Origin: Pocillopora damicornis
Lineage: Eukaryota
NCBI RefSeq assembly: GCF_003704095.1
Contig: NW_020846169.1
Span: 62,001 to 126,000 of the forward strand
Length of the DNA stretch: 64,000 nt
Direction of reading: 5' to 3'
Below, in pieces: positions 1-12,000 of the stretch (its first letter is position 1; each line of letters begins with the position of its first letter). Position numbers and translations under genes: made by a program. The notes beneath the pieces were generated by a model. It did no database searches. It saw only the letters and a program-made list of their open reading frames with translations, and was not told the DNA's origin.

Positions 1-1163
1 TAGAAAAAGTAAACGTCCATAGCCTTTTAGATTAGATTTGATTTAACTATCGTAAAATGGGTTATTCGAGAACCTTTCTTCCTTGAAATGAATACAGATT
101 AGTGAGCCTTTATCTTCTAAACAAACTTCCCGTAAAGTAAGTTCTTTCTTGACGTTATCAGCTCTAAGACGTAAATTACACGTGGAGATTGTTTTATTTA
201 AAACAACGTTGTTAGTTAAGTATTTGCGCTTAATTGTAAATACTAAATTATTGAAGGTATCCGTTTCATTAAATCGCGCTGGGCGGTCTTTTAACCGATA
301 CTAATGAAAAAATTCAACCATACAAAACAAACATTTATTTCACTGTAAATGTCTACTTGATCCTGCAGGCAGATTATTCTAACGAACTGACGTCCAACTT
401 GCGTGATTGAATGAACTAAACAAGTTGTTATTAGCAACGGCGCTTCACGCAGTCTCTTCTGGACACTTTCAATTTAAAACATCGATCGAAATTTGTCGTT
501 TTCGCGACCGAGGGAAACAGATTTTGTAAAATTTTTCAGGATAAGGAGAAAAGTTATTTTTTGCTGTAAATGATAGGCAAATATGATGTCCTGACCATGT
601 GAAAAGAATAATATTTCGATCAGTTGGCCTGATTTCGTGGGATTGGAAATTAAAAACCTGGAACTTTTAACAAAGTTTACGATTTATGTAGTTAACAATG
701 TAATACAAAGTGATAAAAAAATATCCCAAGTCGTTAATGTAAAGAGGTAATATCGCGGAAATCTTACCGAAAATGATCAGTGATCTGGGAAGTCTGCAGC
801 GCGGTCGGAAAATGAAAACTTTAATTCGTGTTACATGTTTGACACTCAAGGCGACAAAGTCATGCCACTAAAGCCTTCAGGCAAGGAAAACCAGAGGCAG
901 AACTTCACCGTAAAAGCAGTCAAGTAGGTGCGAGACTAACACATATTTTTGGCCATTCTGAACACAACACATACCATTAAATAAAAATCTTACTTGAGAC
1001 AATAACGCTTTAGGCTTTGTTTTCAAGAGAAGTGGTTAATGGGACCAGACCACGGAAGAAAACAGCTGTTTCTAAGATTGTTAGCTCTCCATAGTAGCAA
1101 TTATTGTTGCTTTGTATATGTAGTTTACCGGGCGGTTAGAATTTTACTTTTTCTCTATGACAG

Positions 1164-1216
1164 TGAATGCAGATATGGACCTTGATGTGGTTGGTGGGGA
1201 GGTTGACTCCGTGTGA
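1164..1216 (+). CDS. Possible terminal coding exon of a gene starting left of the window (…NADMDLDVVGGEVDSV*)
   Basis: A polypyrimidine tract and acceptor (ttttacttttt…gacag) precede a short acidic frame ending in TGA. AATAAA occurs near 2437. No homology was recognised. Confidence 0.25.
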
Positions 1217-2741
1217 TTATCTTCTCTTCAACCAGGTTCTAAAGTTTCTCTCTCTTCCCAGCCTCCGTTGCCTCTTATGCTTGAGTACACTGAGCAACCC
1301 ACCTCAGCCCACCGTTGTCTCTTCCCAACCCTCATATTACTGATGCTCAGAGTATTATCACGCCTGCAAACATTCTTGTAGTGCATTTGGCCTAAAGACC
1401 GGTCGACAGAGTCTTGCAAAGGGTCGATCCCCATAAAGGATATCCCCGAGACTCTCATCCGGTGGGCGTGGCCAAGTCAATCCCGCAGCGATGACTAAGC
1501 CGAGCTAATACAGATGAAAGAAAAATCTGATCCAAACAGTATGAAATAAACCAAAGTGGCCAAATCCTCCGAAAACGATAACGAGGGTGGAAAAAAGACA
1601 TTTCACCTACTCTAGACAATGTGTGCAATGTGTAGCTACATTACTTTTTGAAAATCTGAAACAGTTTGTAAAGACGAGTTCACGCCAGTATACAATGCGG
1701 TAACAGAGGTACGACGTTATCAAAACTATCTCAGCTGCCACCACTTAGAGCTTTACAGTGACTAATGCGTACCCTTAACTTAATCCCGTTCTCTATAGTT
1801 TGGTAGACACTCTGGAAAACGAGCACGAAGCGCGAGCGTCCACGGAAAGAAAAAAAAAAGAAGTGGGGGGAGGGGGAAGAAGCGGAAGGAACATTGTGCC
1901 TTACATGTAACCACTTCCCTCCCTAGGCGCCGACTGATTTTCAGCGGAGACGTCCGTCTGGGTACTAGGCTAACCTTAATTTGACGTCTCACCACATTCG
2001 ATTACTTTATATCTCCTGTTTAAAAAAACGGGCGGAAAACAACTTTAAAAGCTTTTCTGGTGGAAGTAAAACAAAGATAGTAGAATGTCCCCAATTAGCC
2101 TCGGTTCGATGTGCTCATCCCTGGTTTTCTTGTCTATGACAAACCCACATAAATCGAACGTCAGTCAGAAAGTGTGACGTCGGGTTCGACCTTCTCTAGT
2201 TTTGATTTCCTCTTCCTTTTGCCTTTCATTTCTCGTATTTCATGTCACACCAGACGAAGTGTCACAAGAAAGAGTTTGTCATATTCAATGAGTTCACGAC
2301 ACGTGATATGCTGCTAATATGTGACATAAAATTTCCAGAGAAGAGAACGAATCAAATTCCTGGGTAGCACTGTTTTATACAAGCAGCATTAATTTACAGT
2401 TATTTCCTTGTTTACAACGCTCTTAAAATTTTTCCAATAAATGTTTTGTAAATACGTAGTGGTCGTCGACATTAGGGAGTTCGGATCAGTGTCGTGGAAG
2501 CAAAACCCAAGTAATCACAACGGCCCAACAGAATAAAATGAAATGCCACAAAGGGCCAGAACTCAAACTAATAACAACCAAAATTGCCTAAATCCCCAGT
2601 TGTGATGGGTTTTGATTTGCTGAAAAGATAGCGCAAGTTTCCTAAAGAAACCCCAGATCGAAGAAAAGTAAAATCCAAGAAATCATGGATCGCGTTTGAC
2701 ATTTAAAGCATTCGTCGACTGAGTGTCGAAAGTGAGACTAT

Positions 2742-3012
2742 TAGTGCAATTTCGAAAGCAAGTGTCGAAAGTAATCTCAGATTACATTGGTTTTGCTTTA
2801 CTTCGCTCTGTGATTGGTCCAGAAAAATTGCCCACCCACTTAGCTAATCAAATGGAAAACAAAAACGAATCAAGACGTAGTCGCCCGCATTTTCCCGCGC
2901 CTTAGGCGATTTGGTCGTTTATACTGTGAGTCCTCATTGGCTCTTATTGTATTTTCCTTTCTTCTGATTGGCCGTTGTAATCACTTTGGTTTTAGAGTCG
3001 AAAAGCGCTCTA
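2742..3012. mobile_element. ~270 bp non-autonomous element (MITE-like); second copy at ~32551-32828
   Basis: The two copies share ordered blocks (gtgattggtc.agaaaa, gagt.ctcattgg/gatag, tttggtttt) and have loosely inverted termini ending gcgctcta / gggctctg. Confidence 0.6.
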
Positions 3013-3069
3013 ATAGGAATTTGCTCCATTGTTTAAGCTTTCTTCATTGTTGTTGCTGTTGTTGTTTAG

Positions 3070-6000
3070 CTAGCGTGAGTGTTTCTCTCCTCCAGTCCCT
3101 CTGGCAGCATCTCTCACTTTTCTCATGGCCAACTTCCGGTATCTTTCTAGTTCCTGCACAAATTAAAAGTAAATAAATAAACAACTGGTTTGAAACGTAC
3201 TTTACAACCGAGACAAGGTCAAGGTAAATTTGATGGGTGCTTTTTACTTTTAGCCTATTACACCCTAACATCAGTATGTATTTTGTCCACATTGCTCTCC
3301 TTACATTTCCTGAGGTGCTGAAAAGGAAAGTTCGTTTAAAAATAAAAAGCTTCTTTAGTTGCTGATCATTTCCTTTAATCTCGTGACTTTAATGAGTAAT
3401 TCACGAATGATAATGTGAGGAGAAATTAGATGCTGGTCACTCTTGGGGGTCAAAGGGTAAAGGTCTGGCGAAACTGGTTAATTGGTTCTTGCCGGTGAGT
3501 GAGAACGTGTGGGTGTTGTTTGGCAACATTTTCAACATTATTAACCACTTAATGGTCCAGTACATTTCCCGACAACATTTAAGATTACTCTGCACAGGAA
3601 TGCGAAACTTAGAGGCCTTACTCACGGAGGACAAGGCCAGTTTGACCAGAACATCTCTGTAAGTTCTCAGAGCAAGACGCCGGATCCAACCGTCCAGTTT
3701 TGATTAATGGAAATCTGCATTAATTTACCTCATCTTTCTGTTTCCTCATGGTGTCGACCGCTGGTTCAGCATACTGCGGATCTTTAGATGGGTCTTCGCT
3801 TGTGTTCCGCCCTTGGGATTTCTTAAGTCAGACAGAATGTTAATCACAGCCCTGAGCAAACTTATATAAAGACGTTTTATCAAGCGCTGTACTCAAAAGC
3901 AAATCGCAATAGATTTCAGTTTTAAACAACAAATGTTTTACCTCGGGAGGAAAAAACGTGGCGTAGGCAGCCTTCCAAAGCTCATACGGATCCCTAAAAT
4001 ACAAAGCAAACAACTCAAAAAGTATTCATAAATCCGAGAGATGACTCTACCGAGCAATCAGATACAAGTTTCACCAGACAGGAAAATTCCTGTGGCTTTT
4101 TTTGACGCCCATTTATTAATTTATATTTTTATCACAAAAAAATTACCAAGAGCACTAAAAGCGTAAACTAAACTTGGATGTATACAAATGCTGGAAATTC
4201 AAAAAAGGATTTGCTGGGTTGACTGGCTCTCGATTTGGAATTTCTTTTGTGAAACTCGTCCATTCCGTGTTCAACCAATCAGATAAAAGACTAACCTGAG
4301 AAAATTTTCGCCAGGTTAGTCAAGAGATGATTAATCTATGATACTTATGTGACCATTTCAACCAAGGATTGTTTTGACGCTAAGATTGCAGCACTTGTTA
4401 CAAACTGCTGGCTTATGTAGTTCCTCCTTGAAAAACCATTTAATTTTGTCGACTTTCGTTTTATATCTCAATGTTTTCCACGCATTACACAATCTAAAAC
4501 AGGTTGGATAACTTGGTCTACATACTAGCTGATCGACTAAAAATGTATCAAATCGATGTTTTGTAACTGATTTAATTCTTGAATAATTCACATCATTACA
4601 CTAAGATAAGCAAAGTGGGCGAATATCTGATCAACACGGAAGAAATCTAAGGACGACAAATCATGGTATTTACCTGCTGTGCATTTTTCCCATGTCTTGA
4701 TTTGCAACTGGAGGTGATCCTAAATGCAAAGAAAAATATCTTATAAGGATGTACCCGCTGGTACACAAAATCACTTTAAAGTTCTCTTTTTTTCGTGCAC
4801 ATCGTGCAATTTAAGAGACAAAACAAAATAATGACACTATCGACAATACTGAAGCGACCAGGAGGTAAAAAAATAAACAACATTTTTCACCTATTTGCGA
4901 AAAAGAGTCCTGTCCAGCCGGAACAATGATGGGTTTGTTATGATCCACTGATACCACCTTACTGTAAAAGAATAATAAGGTCACAAAACTTCCTATATTT
5001 TACAAAATAGGATAATTTCAACGAACGTCTAAAACTATTTAAAATTTAAGCGTCACAGGGGTCGTGTCCATTTCAAAATCCGCAGTGAAAAGAGTTTTAA
5101 AAGGTTGATGGCATAGCCTCTCTTACCTGAGCGATTTCTAAAAATGATAAAACTGCAATTAACTTTCCAATTTAGTCAATTTTTTTTATCTTAATTAGCC
5201 TTGGATGCTCGTAGAATTAATTCCCCAATCTATTACAACCCACATCAATTTTTTTTGGCTTTTGGTACCAGTCCCCAGCTAGTTTAGCGATGGACCATGA
5301 GGACTAATTTTGGTCTCATTTGTCACTAGTGAGATAAATTTAAGTCTTAGAGACTTCAATGGGAAGAACCTTAAACATTCCATTGCCGCTATTCCATTCC
5401 TACAGAGAGATCTCGGATAAGAAGATAAGGCACATACTTCTTCCACATGTAAAAAGCTGAGTATCTATCGAGATATTACAGATATGGAGAGTTCCCCTTT
5501 TAAGTCAATTTTTGGTTCAGTTTCCTATACTCAAAGGCATAGTTTTTCTTCAAAATGTGTTGGTTTGATACGAAGCATACTATTAAAGTGCCATACAGTC
5601 ACTACGGCATGGAGGAAAACTCACCTGAGGGGGGTGCGGAACAACAGTGACCCCACCAGACCTCGGGTGCGGTTCGTCAGACCCTCAGCTTTAGTGCTAA
5701 AAAACTGATGAGGAAAATGAAGGCTTCTTTGGAATCCAAACCAGACAATTGAAATCACAGGAGCGTAATCATTTGTACACGTTAACTGTAGGTTCGCTTT
5801 TTCGGTGAAGTCCATCGCGCGAGTCAATAAAAATCAGCGAATAACAAAAATTATACCAGCGCGCCGCGTGGAACTCTACTTTTCGTGCGCCTCACTCCCA
5901 GAGTTCTGCGCGGCGTGCTTACATCAAACTAGCGCGACGGACTTCGCCTAGTGGGAGGGGCAGCTTCTCGGTCGCCACCCGATCTAAAAGGAAAACGAAC

Positions 6001-9000
6001 TCCTCTATCGGTCTCAAGGCATCATTATAACATACAAAGTATCTCATTCTCCAGTGCATCTTGATGGACCCGAGTGAAGCGTTGACTGAAATTAAGAATA
6101 GCTTAAGCTGAGTTCTTCTTGTTAGGCGAAACAAAAAAAAATCAGTATCAATTCAACCAACCTGCAAATGAGCGCCGTTCTTGTGTGCCACAAATCGCAG
6201 TGCTCTACTTATCATTTTCCGTTTCTCGGGATCAAAATCCTGCGAAAACAAAATTGACGAACCATTCACTGATAGCTACAAAGGACTCCCCTAGGAGTAC
6301 CAATACAATTTCAACCCAAATTGGAGTGTCTCCAAAAAGCCCTTCGAGTTCTTTTAACCGGATGACGAGACAGTTATTCTGCTACCGGTGATGTTTATAC
6401 TGTGTGTAGAAGAATTTGATCCGTTTTCTAGTGTGCAAGGAAACCTTTTATTGCCTTTCCAGAGCAAAAATACCGTTTTCGATTTTATCCCGCATGGTGT
6501 GAAAGGGGCCTACTTCACGAAAAATACCGAAATGAAACTTTACATAATAGTGTTTAGTTAACCTTCATTTCCTCTCTACAAGGTATACATTCTGACAGAA
6601 CAAGCGTTTCCTGTTATATGCAGAAGCGCAAAGTATTAGGACATCTCTAACAGTTGCCATATTTCCTACAACACCATGAGTATCGCAAAGATGCGACCAG
6701 GAGCATGTCTATTGCCAACAGCCCACGTTCGGCCCCTTTTACACCTGAATCGCAGTGAATCACAAGTTGTAGAATGTTCCTAGATATAGCAATAATCCAT
6801 ATGGAGTACAGTGACTTCCAATTTCACAACTCCCCTCCCGCCCACCCCCTCTATAGCATGAGACTGCCCATGGAGTGAAATAAGAGACAATACTAGTAAC
6901 ACAATGATGGAACACAACCTGCCCCTCTCACTACCTTAAGGTTACTTCCCACCTCCGCGGGTGTCCTTCGGGAAAAAAATTCGTATGCGCGCTAGTTTCA
7001 CTAAAATCCTAGCAATCTATTCATCAGAAGAAAGCTTAATAACTGCAGATTACGATAAAATATAATTTAAGGAAGTGTCAAGAGCCGGTAAGGTGTGAAA
7101 GAGTTCAGAATTTTTTTTTATGGAGACGTTAGGTTAAATGTTTGAATTCAGTTTAGTCAAATAGAAGAAAAATCGATTTTTTCGGCGTCTGAAGGTGGGA
7201 AGTAACCTTAAATCCTGATAGGTCGGTTGACTACGAACCTGATAAATATCGTATTTTCCGCCAATTATGGCCAGAGGTATAGGAAACGGATCGATGGAAG
7301 ATTTGTCCTACAGAAAAATGGATTCATTTCTGATTTAAAAAAATCAGTTCATTGAATTAAATTGATCGTGTAGTCTGATCTTCCGCGTCAGAGTGGTCCT
7401 AAGAAGACAGTAGGAACTGACGGTTCGATAACATCGAAGGATTACATAATCAGAATCAAGTGACTTTTCACTACTGCGTGGGTAGTGTTCATCACTGTGA
7501 AGATCGCATCCAAATTCATTTCTTAAACCACAATGCACATATTTGATTATCATATATTAACAGTCATTTATTCATTACTTCACGGGTTTATTTTGAACCA
7601 ACAAAATGACCTGCTTCCAGTTAACTTGTTAGCTCAGTCGGTAGAGCACAGCACCGGCATCGCAGAGGTCATGGGTCCAAATACCGTACAGGCCTTGGTT
7701 TTGCTTCCAAATTCAAGACGCAACACTAATAATGACCTCCACAAAGGTTTAAGAAACGCCAGCTACCACCACTGACAACAGTCCATCTCAGGACTACTTT
7801 CAGTCGGACAATCAGACTACATGATCTAATGTTATTACAAAATTCAAAAGTTTCACTCCAAATTATAGTTTGGTTATTCAATAAAAACAACTAAATGTCA
7901 TTGAATATGACATAAGAGATAGAAGCTAGCAGGTGATGTCTGAAAATTGTAACAATAAACCATTACACCAACACATTGCAGGAATTAACAAACTCCAAAT
8001 AATATCAATACTGATTGCCATAACAAGGTAAAAAAATTTGGGCTAAATTTTCAGAAGGTGTTAATGAACAGAAGTTACTTCTCCTCACTTACAGGATGTT
8101 CTTCTCCAAATTTCTTCCAAGCTTGCTTCTTTATCTGTTGCACAGAACTTTGAAAGACGAGAAACCGTGATTGATCATCATTTCAGGCAGTTTCTCATGG
8201 TTTAACACCAGATTCTAATTTTAAAGATCCCCTGAAGGTTATTCAAAGTGTGTTCTCTGACAAGCCTGTTTTCCTCATAGTGAATAAATGACATTGCACT
8301 GTATAAATACTTGACAGTGAGATGTCAAAAAACTGTGAAACCGCTGAGGACAGGGTTACAGCATGCAGCATCCTCTCCAGGAGTTAGAGTGAGAGCAGTA
8401 GTAAGGCGGGTGAAAAATTTATAGGCATGACAAAAAGGAAGAATTAGCACCATGTAACAACTGGGAGTGATTATTGAGGGGTTACCCCCCCCCCCCCTTC
8501 CCCACCATATTTCCCTATGTCTCCCTGACAGTTTGCCAGTGCCCATACCTACTCTTGGGTGGAGAAAGACACTGTAAGGATAAGGTGTCTTGCCCAAGAA
8601 CCAAGCACAGTCACCCACTCACAACTTGAACCTTTGATTCAGTCCTAACAACTAGACTGCATCTCCCATTTCATATGAGCCAAATTTGTTTTGGATACAT
8701 TCATGCACAAAGCTGGAAAAGAGGGACTGCTTCTCTGAGAGGAGCAGCAAACAGGTGGAAACACTTTATTGCATCCACATCAGCAGGTATGTAGATGCAG
8801 GTGTTGCCTCATTAGACTAAACAAGATAGCAGCCATATCAGCAGCAGGGTTTTCAATAACTTTTCCATAAGCATATGCCGATGGTGTAACAAGGCTTCCA
8901 TGCATGGAAGAGGGTCATAAGGCAAAACCCAAATAGGAGGGCTGCTTGAAGGCTAAACAGACAGCTGTAAGTCTTAGTGGTGACTGCTGACCAGCTTTTA

Positions 9001-12000
9001 TTGAAACATCAGCCCATATGTAACATCATGTAATAGAGCATACACAAAATATCATTCAGCATATAGCAAAATATACCTTACCCAGGCTCTTTGCTCTCTA
9101 ACCCTTCCAGGGCTTTGTTCACTTTAGATTTGACCTAAGGACACACACCATAATATAATAAATAAATCCTGCAAAAAGAAACTCAGAACTAAACAAACAA
9201 TTCAAGAATCATAACAAATTCCTTGTTATACTTTTGTAACAATTAAGGTTTCCTTCAACATGGGTAACTTTTGGTCACATTTATTTACATCCATGGAGAA
9301 TACTAAGGAGAGACTTAGTAGAAGAGTGTAAATACCTTATACAAGAAGGTATATCTATTAGACTTTAGTATTTGATTTAGCACTTGCAGATAACTTAATA
9401 ACAAAGATGACCTTACGAAGGACACATATTGGTCACAAAGATGTGTTAAGTTTGTTAATGGCACACTTATAAGACCAGCTGAAGTATATGGCATAGGAAT
9501 TATTGGCTGCATATCAGAAAAAAAGGTAATTATGCAATTTCAGTCTCTCTCTTACAGAGGTTAATTCCACCTCTCTACAAATATCAAACCCTTTCTTTAC
9601 CTGGGAGAGAAGTGTTTCCATTGTGTTCCACAGTTCATTTGGAAGAGACAAGTCCAAGACAATCGCAACAGCCATACTCCTGTACATGAAAATGGTAAAA
9701 ATTGGATGAGTGACATGGAACCACTGCAGCTGTATCCCAATACTGTACCTCAGCAATATTTTAATCAGGAACAATTGTATTAAGTAGGTGGAGAGTCTGT
9801 CAGCAATCAAACCTAGTGGTTGACCTGCTTAGAGCTTATCTCTGATTTTGTGACAAGAAGCATCTACTGTAGAAGCATTGGAACTCCACCTGCATGCAAT
9901 CTTGGTCCATTACAGGTTACAAACCTTTGTATCTTGTCAGCTTTCCCAGCCCATTCATCAGTGCCCATTTTTATCTTTTTACTAAAAAGTTTTGCAAGAC
10001 TTTAAAAAGTGTTTTATGCAGCATTTCCTGTTTTTTGTATGACTATCAGAGTTGTTGGCAGTGTTATTTAGATACTTCAGCAAAGCTGGTAAATGGTTGT
10101 CATACAAGAAACTAATGACATGTGATGATCATGAGTAAAAACCATATTATCCTGGCATGTAAATCAGCCATAAACCATTACACCCTAACATCAGTATGCA
10201 TATTCTCCATACTGTTCACTACATATTTCTTTAAGTGCTGACAAGGAGAATTTGTTTAACAAGCAAGAGCTTCTTGTTAGTGATCATTTCCTTCATTCTC
10301 ATGACCTTGATGTGTGACTCAGGGGTGATATTGTAAGGAGAAATAGGATGCTAGCCATTCTCAGGAGTCCAAATGTTAAGCTTGAATAACAGTTAGCTCT
10401 CACCTTATAGTTACAGATGTCAGAGGAATTTCAATTAATTTGGAAAGGAATGTTCCACCTCCAAGTTCCCATATGTGACCTATGTCTTTTCCCTGTTCAG
10501 ATTGATAAAAATGTGGTATTACACACCACTCATTACATATTATAACACTGAGTAAGGGAAGTTATGAATGAAGGGTGGCTAGGGTTTGTGGTAGTCTCAT
10601 AATCTACAGCCTCAACACAGCTAATTATAAGCAAACTATAAACTTCTGTACAGTCTGCTTAATGTTGGTAAAAAGACTTTGGAATCAAGCAGCTCCTTAT
10701 GCATTAGTATTTATCATACTGTTTCACCTGTTTGAATTCATTTGCTCCACACAACACATTGCATTTACTAGGGACACCAATTTGAGATTTATGCTACTTT
10801 TAGTGTTGTACTACAAGCAAAGTCAGATCATCTTGTGGGTCAATTTGCAATCATGTTCTTATATGGAAAATCTGATATCTTTGTCAGTTTTGTACACTTA
10901 GAGGTTTTTTTTAAGGTACAGGTTGTTAAATGCTGGTGGAAGAACAGAATTTCCATGGCTTGTTTGTATTTTACATTTTATTCCAACCATCTCATTGCTG
11001 GAAGTACTTCTTGTATTTGTTACATATTTCTTACTACCGGTGAGGGGTTAAATAAATGGTTAAACTAGACTAGCAAGAAAAAAACTAAATTTTTCATTAC
11101 TGAAAACCGTAACAGTTTGTAAACAATTTGCCCATCCCTTTTTTGGTACAACTGAACTCCGTACGGAGGAATTCTTACGTAATTAAAATAACAGTCTCGC
11201 CTCTAGAGAGACCAAATCCATTAATCACTCATCAATCATCCATTAATCTTAATATATTAAACACACAGTCTTGAAACTAAATGTACAGAGTCTTACAATA
11301 TTGTGTCCAGTTTTAGCTCTTCTTCCAAAGGTGTAATCCAAAGCTGTCGTTGGTTTGGGAGCTTCATCTCTACAATTAGATTATTAACAAATTTTGTCAA
11401 ATTTCTTGATCTTTATACGAAATGTTTCCACCATTTCTAAAACAAATAAACCTATAATTCCCAGAGGTGATTAATGAGTAACTTCTCTCTAATACCATCT
11501 ATTACTTTAACCAGTAATCAGGGAAATGAGAAAACTCAAACTTGTCAGGTGTTAGTTATCTTGATCTACCTCCAAATTCTTACAAATAATTTACAAGAAT
11601 AGGTCCATTACTAGAGGGGAGAATTAAATATCAGATCTTGGGAGTGAAGTTATTGATTGAATAAAAGTTCACTGTTTATGTATGGCTTTCAATGTGAGGT
11701 TGTTTAGCATCTTGAATAATTATACTCACCGATCAAGAAATCTCAAAATTATGGAGGTTTTACCCTATAAATTGATACAATTCATAAGTATTGAACAGTG
11801 ATTACAGGAAGACTTCATGAACAATAATATGTAACAGCAAAAAATGACCATTTTGTGACAAGATGTCACCATTATCAAATGGGTTGGTAACAATAACATA
11901 CCATTTAATGGAGGGATGAAAGGATAAAATTACACAAGACTAACTAAAAGTGTGGAACAACAAAAAATGACTATAGAAATAACTACAAAACAAACATTTT

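Noticed and set aside
5862-5915. Standalone structured ncRNA or pre-miRNA hairpin (16-bp stem)
   Set aside because: It is explained as the centre of a palindromic MITE with matching outer arms.
7625-7695. Functional tRNA gene
   Set aside because: A and B boxes are present, but the B box is mutated and no full cloverleaf forms. It is embedded in a repeat unit.
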